Shown piece after piece: positions 25,841 to 39,700 of a stretch of 64,000 nt of DNA. Position 1 is the first letter of the stretch. Each line of letters begins with the position of its first letter. Under the pieces are notes generated by a model. That model was not told the origin of the DNA. It saw nothing but the letters and a program-made list of their open reading frames with translations, and did no database searches. The stretch lies in contig OZ059900.1 in the NCBI GenBank assembly GCA_964057225.1, forward strand, positions 15,686,001 through 15,750,000, given 5' to 3'. The DNA is from Auanema rhodensis (taxonomy: Eukaryota > Animalia > Nematoda). Made by a program: the position numbers and the translations under genes.

Positions 25841-27699
25841 TTAGGAAATTAGCATATTCTGAGGGCACGCCCCTTATGGCTAATATTGATTAAATCGATT
25901 TTTGTTCATATGAGTCGTCAAATGCAACGAATTTCAGCGTGTTACATACTAAAATGAAGCATTTCACATGCTGAACACTAGAAAAATACAAAAACACAGT
26001 ATTTCCCATGAGAAATATTTTATTATGCTGGAAAACCAGTTTTTGGAAATTTCGCTGTAAACAAGTTTTTGACTTACGATTTCATGTGTTCAAACTCATG
26101 CAATGTCAATGAAACCTAGCTCAAAATTGTTCCTACAACGTCTAGTTCCACTTTCACGACAAAAAAACAGGGGTTAGAAAATTAAGGAAATTAGCATATT
26201 CTGAGGGCACGCCTCTTATGGCTAATATTGATTAAATCGATTTTTGTTCATATGAGTCGTCAAATGCAACGAATTTCAGCGTGTTACATACTAAAATGAA
26301 GCATTTTACATGCTGAACACTATAAAAATACAAAAACACAGTATTTCCCATGAGAAATATTTTATTATGCTGGAAAACCAGTTTTTGGAAATTTCGCTGT
26401 AAACAAGGTTTTGACTTACGATTTCATGTGTTCAAACTCATGCAATGTCAATGAAACCTAGCTCAAAATTGTTCCTACAACGTCTAGTTCCACTTTCACG
26501 ACAAAAAACAGGGGTTAGAAATATAAGGAAATTAGCATATTCTGAGGGCACGCCTCTTATGGCTAATATTGATTAAATCGATTTTTGTTCATATGAGTCG
26601 TCAAATGCAACGAATTTCAGCGTGTTACATACTAAAATGAAGCATTTTACATGCTGAACACTATAAAAATACAAAAACACAGTATTTCCCATGAGAAATA
26701 TTTTATTATGCTGGAAAACCAGTTTTTGGAAATTTCGCTGTAAACAAGGTTTTGACTTACGATTTCATGTGTTCAAACTCATGCAATGTCAATGAAACCT
26801 AGCTCAAAATTGTTCCTACAACGTCTAGTTCCACTTTCACGACAAAAAAAACAGGGGTTAGAAAATTAAGGAAATTAGCATATTCTGAGGGCACGCCCCT
26901 TATGGCTAATATTGATTAAATCGATTTTTGTTCATATGAGTCGTCAAATGCAACGAATTTCAGCGTGTTACATACTAAAATGAAGCATTTTACATGCTGA
27001 ACACTAGAAAAATACAAAAACACAGTATTTCTCATGAGAAATATTTTATTATGCTGGAAAACCAGTTTTTGGAAATTTCGCTGTAAACAAGGTTTTGACT
27101 TACGATTTCATGTGTTCAAACTCATGCAATGTCAATGAAACCTAGCTCAAAATTGTTTGTACAACGTCTAGTCCCACTTTCACGACAAAAAAACAGGGGT
27201 TAGAAAATTAAGGAAATTAGCATATTCTGAGGGCACGCCCCTTATGGCTAATATTGATTAAATCGATTTTTGTTCATATGAGTCGTCAAATGCAACGAAT
27301 TTCAGCGTGTTACATACTAAAATGAAGCATTTTACATGCTGAACACTAGAAAAATACAAAAACACAGTATTTCCCATGAGAAATATTTTATTATGCTGGA
27401 AAACCAGTTTTTGGAAATTTCGCTGTAAACAAGGTTTTGACTTACGATTTCATGTGTTCAAACTCATGCAATGTCAATGAAACCTAGTTCAAAATTGTTC
27501 CTACAACGTCTAGTTCCACTTTCACGACAAAAAAAACAGGGGTTAGAAAATTAAGGAAATTAGCATATTCTGAGGGCACGCCCCTTATGGCTAATATTGA
27601 TTAAATCGATTTTTGTTCATATGAGTCGTCAAATGCAACGAATTTCAGCGTGTTACATACTAAAATGAAGCATTTTACATGCTGAACACTAGAAAAATA

Positions 27700-30560
27700 C
27701 AAAAACACAGTATTTCTCATGAGAAATATTTTATTATGCTGGAAAACCAGTTTTTGGAAATTTCGCTGTAAACAAGGTTTTGACTTACGATTTCATGTGT
27801 TCAAACTCATGCAATGTCAATGAAACCTAGCTCAAAATTGTTTGTACAACGTCTAGTTCCACTTTCACGACAAAAAAACAGGGGTTAGAAAATTAAGGAA
27901 ATTAGCATATTCTGAGGGCACGCCCCTTATGGCTAATATTGATTAAATCGATTTTTGTTCATATGAGTCGTCAAATGCAACGAATTTCAGCGTGTTACAT
28001 ACTAAAATGAAGCATTTTACATGCTGAACACTAGAAAAATACAAAAACACAGTATTTCCCATGAGAAATATTTTATTATGCTGGAAAACCAGTTTTTGGA
28101 AATTTCGCTGTAAACAAGGTTTTGACTTACGATTTCATGTGTTCAAACTCATGCAATGTCAATGAAACCTAGCTCAAAATTGTTCCTACAACGTCTAGTT
28201 CCACTTTCACGACAAAAAAACAGGGGTTAGAAAATTAATGAAATTAGCATATTCTGAGGGCACGCCCCTTATGGCTAATATTGATTAAATCGATTTTTGT
28301 TCATATGAGTCGTCAAATGCAACGAATTTCATCGTGTTACATACTAAAATGAAGCATTTTACATGCTGAACACTAGAAAAATACAAAAACACAGTATTTC
28401 TCATGAGAAATATTTTATTATGCTGGAAAACCAGTTTTTGGAAATTTCGCTGTAAACAAGGTTTTGACTTACGATTTCATGTGTTCAAACTCATGCAATG
28501 TCAATGAAACCTAGCTCAAAATTGTTTGTACAACGTCTAGTTCCACTTTCACGACAAAAAAACAGGGGTTAGAAAATTAAGGAAATTAGCATATTCTGAG
28601 GGCACGCCCCTTATGGCTAATATTGATTAAATCGATTTTTGTTCATATGAGTAGTCAAATGCAACGAATTTCAGCGTGTTACATACTAAAATGAAGCATT
28701 TTACATGCTGAACACTAGAAAAATACAAAAACACAGTATTTCCCATGAGAAATATTTTATTATGCTGGAAAACCAGTTTTTGGAAATTTCGCTGTAAACA
28801 AGGTTTTGACTTACGATTTCATGTGTTCAAACTCATGCAATGTCAATGAAACCTAGCTCAAAATTGTTCCTACAACGTCTAAATCCACTTTCACGACAAA
28901 AAAACCGGGGTTAGAAAATTAATGAAATTAGCATATTCTGAGGGCACGCCCCTTATGGCTAATATTGATTAAATCGATTTTTGTTCATATGAGTCGTCAA
29001 ATGCAACGAATTTCATCGTGTTACATACTAAAATGAAGCATTTTACATGCTGAACACTAGAAAAATACAAAAACACAGTATTTCTCATGAGAAATATTTT
29101 ATTATGCTGGAAAACCAGTTTTTGGAAATTTCGCTGTAAACAAGGTTTTGACTTACGATTTCATGTGTTCAAACTCATGCAATGTCAATGAAACCTAGCT
29201 CAAAATTGTTTGTACAACGTCTAGTTCCACTTTCACGACAAAAAAACAGGGGTTAGAAAATTAAGGAAATTAGCATATTCTGAGGGCACGCCCCTTATGG
29301 CTAATATTGATTAAATCGATTTTTGTTCATATGAGTCGTCAAATGCAACGAATTTCAGCGTGTTACATACTAAAATGAAGCATTTTACATGCTGAACACT
29401 AGAAAAATACAAAAACACAGTATTTCCCATGAGAAATATTTTATTATGCTGGAAAACCAGTTTTTGGAAATTTCGCTGTAAACAAGGTTTTGACTTACGA
29501 TTTCATGTGTTCAAACTCATGCAATGTCAATGAAACCTAGCTCAAAATTGTTCCTACAACGTCTAGTTCCACTTTCACGACAAAAAAACAGGGGTTAGAA
29601 AATTAATGAAATTAGCATATTCTGAGGGCACGCCCCTTATGGCTAATATTGATTAAATCGATTTTTGTTCATATGAGTCGTCAAATGCAACGAATTTCAT
29701 CGTGTTACATACTAAAATGAAGCATTTTACATGCTGAACACTAGAAAAATACAAAAACACAGTATTTCTCATGAGAAATATTTTATTATGCTGGAAAACC
29801 AGTTTTTGGAAATTTCGCTGTAAACAAGGTTTTGACTTACGATTTCATGTGTTCAAACTCATGCAATGTCAATGAAACCTAGCTCAAAATTGTTTGTACA
29901 ACGTCTAGTTCCACTTTCACGACAAAAAAACAGGGGTTAGAAAATTAAGGAAATTAGCATATTCTGAGGGCACGCCCCTTATGGCTAATATTGATTAAAT
30001 CGATTTTTGTTCATATGAGTAGTCAAATGCAACGAATTTCAGCGTGTTACATACTAAAATGAAGCATTTTACATGCTGAACACTAGAAAAATACAAAAAC
30101 ACAGTATTTCCCATGAGAAATATTTTATTATGCTGGAAAACCAGTTTTTGGAAATTTCGCTGTAAACAAGGTTTTGACTTACGATTTCATGTGTTCAAAC
30201 TCATGCAATGTCAATGAAACCTAGCTCAAAATTGTTCCTACAACGTCTAAATCCACTTTCACGACAAAAAAACCGGGGTTAGAAAATTAATGAAATTAGC
30301 ATATTCTGAGGGCACGCCCCTTATGGCTAATATTGATTAAATCGATTTTTGTTCATATGAGTCGTCAAATGCAACGAATTTCATCGTGTTACATACTAAA
30401 ATGAAGCATTTTACATGCTGAACACTAGAAAAATACAAAAACACAGTATTTCTCATGAGAAATATTTTATTATGCTGGAAAACCAGTTTTTGGAAATTTC
30501 GCTGTAAACAAGGTTTTGACTTACGATTTCATGTGTTCAAACTCATGCAATGTCAATGAA
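27700..30560 (-). repeat. Tandem 4-monomer (1,368 bp) duplication built on an alternating two-monomer pattern
   Basis: GAGTAGTC at about 28649/30017 and CTAAATCC..ACCGGGG at about 28880/30248. AATTAATGAAA recurs every 684 bp (about 28233, 28917, 29601, 30285). Confidence 0.8.
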
Positions 30561-33500
30561 ACCTAGCTCAAAATTGTTCCTACAACGTCTAGTTCCACTT
30601 TCACGACAAAAAACAGGGGTTAGAAAATTAAGGAAATTAGCATATTCTGAGGGCACGCCCCTTATGGCTAATATTGATTAAATCGATTTTTGTTCATATG
30701 AGTCTTCAAATGCAACGAATTTCAGCGTGTTACATACTAAAATGAAGCATTTTACATGCTGAACACTAGAAAAATACAAAAACACAGTATTTCCCATGAG
30801 AAATATTTTATTATGCTGGAAAACCAGTTTTTGGAAATTTCGCTGTAAACAAGGTTTTGACTTACGATTTCATGTGTTCAAACTCATGCAATGTCAATGA
30901 AACCTAGCTCAAAATTGTTTGTACAACGTCTAGTTCCACTTTCACGACAAAAAAACAGGGGTTAGAAAATTAAGGAAATTAGCATATTCTGAGGGCACGC
31001 CCCTTATGGCTAATATTGATTAAATCGATTTTTGTTCATATGAGTCGTCAAATGCAACGAATTTCAGCGTGTTACATACTAAAATGAAGCATTTTACATG
31101 CTGAACACTAGAAAAATACAAAAACACAGTATTTCCCATGAGAAATATTTTATTATGCTGGAAAACCAGTTTTTGGAAATTTCGCTGTAAACAAGGTTTT
31201 GACTTACGATTTCATGTGTTCAAACTCATGCAATGTCAATGAAACCTAGCTCAAAATTGTTCCTACAACGTCTAAATCCACTTTCACGACAAAAAAACCG
31301 GGGTTAGAAAATTAATGAAATTAGCATATTCTGAGGGCACGCCCCTTATGGCTAATATTGATTAAATCGATTTTTGTTCATATGAGTCGTCAAATGCAAC
31401 GAATTTCATCGTGTTACATACTAAAATGAAGCATTTTACATGCTGAACACTAGAAAAATACAAAAACACAGTATTTCTCATGAGAAATATTTTATTATGC
31501 TGGAAAACCAGTTTTTGGAAATTTCGCTGTAAACAAGGTTTTGACTTACGATTTCATGTGTTCAAACTCATGCAATGTCAATGAAACCTAGCTCAAAATT
31601 GTTCCTACAACGTCTAGTTCCACTTTCACGACAAAAAACAGGGGTTAGAAAATTAAGGAAATTAGCATATTCTGAGGGCACGCCCCTTATGGCTAATATT
31701 GATTAAATCGATTTTTGTTCATATGAGTCTTCAAATGCAACGAATTTCAGCGTGTTACATACTAAAATGAAGCATTTTACATGCTGAACACTAGAAAAAT
31801 ACAAAAACACAGTATTTCCCATGAGAAATATTTTATTATGCTGGAAAACCAGTTTTTGGAATTTTCGCTGTAAACAAGGTTTTGACTTACGATTTCATGT
31901 GTTCAAACTCATGCAATGTCAATGAAACCTAGCTCAAAATTGTTCCTACAACGTCTAGTTCCACTTTCACGACAAAAAAACAGGGGTTAGAAAATTAAGG
32001 AAATTAGCATATTCTGAGGGCACGCCCCTTATGGCTAATATTGATTAAATCGATTTTTGTTCATATGAGTCGTCAAATGCAACGAATTTCAGCGTGTTAC
32101 ATACTAAAATGAAGCATTTCACATGCTGAACACTAGAAAAATACAAAAACACAGTATTTCTCATGAGAAATATTTTATTATGCTGGAAAACCAGTTTTTG
32201 GAAATTTCGCTGTAAACAAGGTTTTGACTTACGATTTCATGTGTTCAAACTCATGCAATGTCAATGAAACCTAGCTCAAAATTGTTCGTACAACGTCTAG
32301 TTCCACTTTCACGACAAAAAAACAGGGGTTAGAAAATTAAGGAAATTAGCATATTCTGAGGGCACGCCCCTTATGGCTAATATTGATTAAATCGATTTTT
32401 GTTCATATGAGTCGTCAAATGCAACGAATTTCAGCGTGTTACATACTAAAATGAAGCATTTCACATGCTGAACACTAGAAAAATACAAAAACACAGTATT
32501 TCCCATGAGAAATATTTTATTATGCTGGAAAACCAGTTTATGGAAATTTCGCTGTAAACAAGGTTTTGACTTACGATTTCATGTGTTCAAACTCATGCAA
32601 TGTCAATGAAACCTAGCTCAGAATTGTTCCTACAACGTCTAGTTCCACTTTCACGACAAAAAAACAGGGGTTAGAAAATTAAGGAAATTAGCATATTCTG
32701 AGGGCACGCCCCTTATGGCTAATATTGATTAAATCGATTTTTGTTCATATGAGTCGTCAAATGCAACGAATTTCAGCGTGTTACATACTAAAATGAAGCA
32801 TTTTACATGCTGAACACTAGAAAAATACAAAAACACAGTATTTCTCATGAGAAATATTTTATTATGCTGGAAAACCAGTTTTTGGAAATTTCGCTGTAAA
32901 CAAGGTTTTGACTTACGATTTCATGTGTTCAAACTCATGCAATGTCAATGAAACCTAGCTCAAAATTGTTTGTACAACGTCTAGTTCCACTTTCACGACA
33001 AAAAAACAGGGGTTAGAAAATTAAGGAAATTAGCATATTCTGAGGGCACGCCCCTTATGGCTAATATTGATTAAATCGATTTTTGTTCATATGAGTCGTC
33101 AAATGCAACGAATTTCAGCGTGTTACATACTAAAATGAAGCATTTTACATGCTGAACACTAGAAAAATACAAAAACACAGTATTTCCCATGAGAAATATT
33201 TTATTATGCTGGAAAACCAGTTTTTGGAAATTTCGCTGTAAACAAGGTTTTGACTTACGATTTCATGTGTTCAAACTCATGCAATGTCAATGAAACCTAG
33301 CTCAAAATTGTTCCTACAACGTCTAGTTCCACTTTCACGACAAAAAAACAGGGGTTAGAAAATTAATGAAATTAGCATATTCTGAGGGCACGCCCCTTAT
33401 GGCTAATATTGATTAAATCGATTTTTGTTCATATGAGTCGTCAAATGCAACGAATTTCAGCGTGTTACATACTAAAATGAAGCATTTTACATGCTGAACA

Positions 33501-33849
33501 CTAGAAAAATACAAAAACACAGTATTTCTCATGAGAAATATTTTATTATGCTGGAAAACCAGTTTTTGGAAATTTCGCTGTAAACAAGGTTTTGACTTAC
33601 GATTTCATGTGTTCAAACTCATGCAATGTCAATGAAACCTAGCTCAAAATTGTTTGTACAACGTCTAGTTCCACTTTCACGACAAAAAAACAGGGGTTAG
33701 AAAATTAAGGAAATTAGCATATTCTGAGGGCACGCCCCTTATGGCTAATATTGATTAAATCGTATTTTGTTCATATGAGTCGTCAAATGCAACGAATTTC
33801 AGCGTGTTACATACTAAAATGAAGCATTTTACATGCTGAACACTAGAAA

Positions 33850-36780
33850 AATACAAAAACACAGTATTTCCCATGAGAAATATTTTATTATGCTGGAAAA
33901 CCAGTTTTTGGAAATTTCGCTGTAAACAAGGTTTTGACTTACGATTTCATGTGTTCAAACTCATGCAATGTCAATGAAACCTAGCTCAAAATTGTTCCTA
34001 CAACGTCTAATTCCACTTTCACGACAAAAAAACCGGGGTTAGAAAATTAAGGAAATTAGCATATTCTGAGGGCACGCCCCTTATGGCTAATATTGATTAA
34101 ATCGATTTTTGTTCATATGAGTCGTCAAATGCAACGAATTTCAGCGTGTTACATACTAAAATGAAGCATTTTACATGCTGAACACTATAAAAATACAAAA
34201 ACACAGTATTTCCCATGAGAAATATTTTATTATGCTGGAAAACCAGTTTTTGGAAATTTCGCTGTAAACAAGGTTTTGACTTACGATTTCATGCGTTCAA
34301 ACTCATGCAATGTCAATGAAACCTAGCTCAAAATTGTTCCTACAACGTCTAATTCCACTTTCACGACAAAAAAACAGGGGTTAGAAAATTAAGGAAATTA
34401 GCATATTCTGAGGGCACGCCCCTTATGGCTAATATTGATTAAATCGATTTTTGTTCATATGAGTCGTCAAATGCAACGAATTTCAGCGTGTTACATACTA
34501 AAATGAAGCATTTTACATGCTGAACACTAGAAAAATACAAAAACACAGTATTTCCCATGAGAAATATTTTATTATGCTGGAAAACCAGTTTTTGGAAATT
34601 TCGCTGTAAACAAGGTTTTGACTTACGATTTCATGTGTTCAAACTCATGCAATGTCAATGAAACCTAGCTCAAAATTGTTCCTACAACGTCTAGTTCCAC
34701 TTTCACGACAAAAAAACAGGGGTTAGAAAATTAAGGAAATTAGCATATTCTGAGGGCACGCCCCTTATGGCTAATATTGATTAAATCGATTTTTGTTCAT
34801 ATGAGTCGTCAAATGCAACGAATTTCAGCGTGTTACATACTAAAATGAAGCATTCTACATGCTGAACACTAGAAAAATACAAAAACACAGTATTTCCCAT
34901 GAGAAATATTTTATTATGCTGGAAAACCAGTTTTTGGAAATTTCGCTGTAAACAAGGTTTTGACTTACGATTTCATGTGTTCAAACTCATGCAATGTCAA
35001 TGAAACCTAGCTCAAAATTGTTCCTACAACGTCTAAATCCACTTTCACGACAAAAAAACCGGGGTTAGAAAATTAAGGAAATTAGCATATTCTGAGGGCA
35101 CGCCCCTTATGGCTAATATTGATTAAATCGATTTTTGTTCATATGAGTCGTCAAATGCAACGAATTTCAGCGTGTTACATACTAAAATGAAGTATTTTAC
35201 ATGCTGAACACTAGAAAAATACAAAAACACAGTATTTCCCATGAGAAATATTTTATTATGCTGGAAAACCAGTTTTTGGAAATTTCGCTGTAAACAAGGT
35301 TTTGACTTACGATTTCATGTGTTCAAACTCATGCAATGTCAATGAAACCTAGCTCAAAATTGTTCCTACAACGTCTAATTCCACTTTCACGACAAAAAAA
35401 CCGGGGTTAGAAAATTAAGGAAATTAGCATATTCTGAGGGCACGCCCCTTATGGCTAATATTGATTAAATCGATTTTTGTTCATATGAGTCGTCAAATGC
35501 AACGAATTTCAGCGTGTTACATACTAAAATGAAGCATTTTACATGCTGAACACTAGAAAAATACAAAAACACAGTATTTCCCATGAGAAATATTTTATTA
35601 TGCTGGAAAACCAGTTTTTGGAAATTTCGCTGTAAACAAGGTTTTGACTTACGATTTCATGTGTTCAAACTCATGCAATGTCAATGAAACCTAGCTCAAA
35701 ATTGTTCCTACAACGTCTAATTCCACTTTCACGACAAAAAAACCGGGGTTAGAAAATTAAGGAAATTAGCATATTCTGAGGGCACGCCCCTTATGGCTAA
35801 TATTGATTAAATCGATTTTTGTTCATATGAGTCGTCAAATGCAACGAATTTCAGCGTGTTACATACTAAAATGAAGCATTTTACATGCTGAACACTATAA
35901 AAATACAAAAACACAGTATTTCCCATGAGAAATATTTTATTATGCTGGAAAACCAGTTTTTGGAAATTTCGCTGTAAACAAGGTTTTGACTTACGATTTC
36001 ATGCGTTCAAACTCATGCAATGTCAATGAAACCTAGCTCAAAATTGTTCCTACAACGTCTAATTCCACTTTCACGACAAAAAAACAGGGGTTAGAAAATT
36101 AAGGAAATTAGCATATTCTGAGGGCACGCCCCTTATGGCTAATATTGATTAAATCGATTTTTGTTCATATGAGTCGTCAAATGCAACGAATTTCAGCGTG
36201 TTACATACTAAAATGAAGCATTTTACATGCTGAACACTAGAAAAATACAAAAACACAGTATTTCCCATGAGAAATATTTTATTATGCTGGAAAACCAGTT
36301 TTTGGAAATTTCGCTGTAAACAAGGTTTTGACTTACGATTTCATGTGTTCAAACTCATGCAATGTCAATGAAACCTAGCTCAAAATTGTTCCTACAACGT
36401 CTAGTTCCACTTTCACGACAAAAAAACAGGGGTTAGAAAATTAAGGAAATTAGCATATTCTGAGGGCACGCCCCTTATGGCTAATATTGATTAAATCGAT
36501 TTTTGTTCATATGAGTCGTCAAATGCAACGAATTTCAGCGTGTTACATACTAAAATGAAGCATTCTACATGCTGAACACTAGAAAAATACAAAAACACAG
36601 TATTTCCCATGAGAAATATTTTATTATGCTGGAAAACCAGTTTTTGGAAATTTCGCTGTAAACAAGGTTTTGACTTACGATTTCATGTGTTCAAACTCAT
36701 GCAATGTCAATGAAACCTAGCTCAAAATTGTTCCTACAACGTCTAATTCCACTTTCACGACAAAAAAACCGGGGTTAGAA
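33850..36780 (-). repeat. Duplication at a 5-monomer (1,710 bp) offset
   Basis: ACCGGGG at about 34032/35742; CTATAAAA at about 34185/35895; CATGCGTT at about 34290/36000; CATTCTAC at about 34851/36561. Confidence 0.8.
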
Positions 36781-39700
36781 AATTAAGGAAATTAGCATAT
36801 TCTGAGGGCACGCCGCTTATGGCTAATATTGATTAAATCGATTTTTGTTCATATGAGTCGTCAAATGCAACGAATTTCAGCGTGTTACATACTAAAATGA
36901 AGCATTTCACATGCTGAACACTAGAAAAATACAAAAACACAGTATTTCCCATGAGAAATATTTTATTATGCTGGAAAACCAGTTTTTGGAAATTTCGCTG
37001 TAAACAAGGTTTTGACTTACGATTTCATGTGTTCAAACTCATGCAATGTCAATGAAACCTAGCTCAAAATTGTTCCTACAACGTCTAGTTCCACTTTCAC
37101 GACAAAAAAACAGGGGTTAGAAAATTTAGGAAATTAGCATATTCTGAGGGCACGCCCCTTATGGCTAATATTGATTAAATCGATTTTTGTTCATATGAGT
37201 CGTCAAATGCAACGAATTTCAGCGTGTTACATACTAAAATGAAGTATTTTACATGCTGAACACTAGAAAAATACAAAAACACAGTATTTCCCATGAGAAA
37301 TATTTTATTATGCTGGAAAACCAGTTTTTGGAAATTTCGCTGTAAACAAGGTTTTGACTTACGATTTCATGTGTTCAAACTCATGCAATGTCAATGAAAC
37401 CTAGCTCAAAATTGTTCCTACAACGTCTAGTTCCACTTTCACGACAAAAAACAGGGGTTAGAAAATTAAGGAAATTAGCATATTCTGAGGGCACGCCCCT
37501 TATGGCTAATATTGATTAAATCGATTTTTGTTCATATGAGTCTTCAAATGCAACGAATTTCAGCGTGTTACATACTAAAATGAAGCATTTTACATGCTGA
37601 ACACTAGAAAAATACAAAAACACAGTATTTCCCATGAGAAATATTTTATTATGCTGGAAAACCAGTTTTTGGAATTTTCGCTGTAAACAAGGTTTTGACT
37701 TACGATTTCATGTGTTCAAACTCATGCAATGTCAATGAAACCTAGCTCAAAATTGTTCCTACAACGTCTAGTTCCACTTTCACGACAAAAAAACAGGGGT
37801 TAGAAAATTAAGGAAATTAGCATATTCTGAGGGCACGCCCCTTATGGCTAATATTGATTAAATCGATTTTTGTTCATATGAGTCGTCAAATGCAACGAAT
37901 TTCAGCGTGTTACATACTAAAATGAAGCATTTCACATGCTGAACACTAGAAAAATACAAAAACACAGTATTTCTCATGAGAAATATTTTATTATGCTGGA
38001 AAACCAGTTTTTGGAAATTTCGCTGTAAACAAGGTTTTGACTTACGATTTCATGTGTTCAAACTCATGCAATGTCAATGAAACCTAGCTCAAAATTGTTC
38101 GTACAACGTCTAGTTCCACTTTCACGACAAAAAAACAGGGGTTAGAAAATTAAGGAAATTAGCATATTCTGAGGGCACGCCCCTTATGGCTAATATTGAT
38201 TAAATCGATTTTTGTTCATATGAGTCGTCAAATGCAACGAATTTCAGCGTGTTACATACTAAAATGAAGCATTTCACATGCTGAACACTAGTAAAATACA
38301 AAAACACAGTATTTCCCATGAGAAATATTTTATTATGCTGGAAAACCAGTTTTTGGAAATTTCGCTGTAAACAAGGTTTTGACTTACGATTTCATGTGTT
38401 CAAACTCATGCAATGTCAATGAAACCTAGCTCAAAATTGTTCCTACAACGTCTAGTTCCACTTTCACGACAAAAAAACAGGGGTTAGAAAATTTAGGAAA
38501 TTAGCATATTCTGAGGGCACGCCCCTTATGGCTAATATTGATTAAATCGATTTTTGTTCATATGAGTCGTCAAATGCAACGAATTTCAGCGTGTTACATA
38601 CTAAAATGAAGTATTTTACATGCTGAACACTAGAAAAATACAAAAACACAGTATTTCCCATGAGAAATATTTTATTATGCTGGAAAACCAGTTTTTGGAA
38701 ATTTCGCTGTAAACAAGGTTTTGACTTACGATTTCATGTGTTCAAACTCATGCAATGTCAATGAAACCTAGCTCAAAATTGTTCCTACAACGTCTAGTTC
38801 CACTTTCACGACAAAAAACAGGGGTTAGAAAATTAAGGAAATTAGCATATTCTGAGGGCACGCCCCTTATGGCTAATATTGATTAAATCGATTTTTGTTC
38901 ATATGAGTCTTCAAATGCAACGAATTTCAGCGTGTTACATACTAAAATGAAGCATTTTACATGCTGAACACTAGAAAAATACAAAAACACAGTATTTCCC
39001 ATGAGAAATATTTTATTATGCTGGAAAACCAGTTTTTGGAATTTTCGCTGTAAACAAGGTTTTGACTTACGATTTCATGTGTTCAAACTCATGCAATGTC
39101 AATGAAACCTAGCTCAAAATTGTTCCTACAACGTCTAGTTCCACTTTCACGACAAAAAAACAGGGGTTAGAAAATTAAGGAAATTAGCATATTCTGAGGG
39201 CACGCCCCTTATGGCTAATATTGATTAAATCGATTTTTGTTCATATGAGTCGTCAAATGCAACGAATTTCAGCGTGTTACATACTAAAATGAAGCATTTC
39301 ACATGCTGAACACTAGAAAAATACAAAAACACAGTATTTCTCATGAGAAATATTTTATTATGCTGGAAAACCAGTTTTTGGAAATTTCGCTGTAAACAAG
39401 GTTTTGACTTACGATTTCATGTGTTCAAACTCATGCAATGTCAATGAAACCTAGCTCAAAATTGTTCGTACAACGTCTAGTTCCACTTTCACGACAAAAA
39501 AACAGGGGTTAGAAAATTAAGGAAATTAGCATATTCTGAGGGCACGCCCCTTATGGCTAATATTGATTAAATCGATTTTTGTTCATATGAGTCGTCAAAT
39601 GCAACGAATTTCAGCGTGTTACATACTAAAATGAAGCATTTCACATGCTGAACACTAGTAAAATACAAAAACACAGTATTTCCCATGAGAAATATTTTAT

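Noticed and set aside
25700-25970. Fold-back chimeric read as the origin of the inversion
   Set aside because: The flanking monomers are not mirror copies and carry different variants. A misjoin still needs to be excluded with raw reads.
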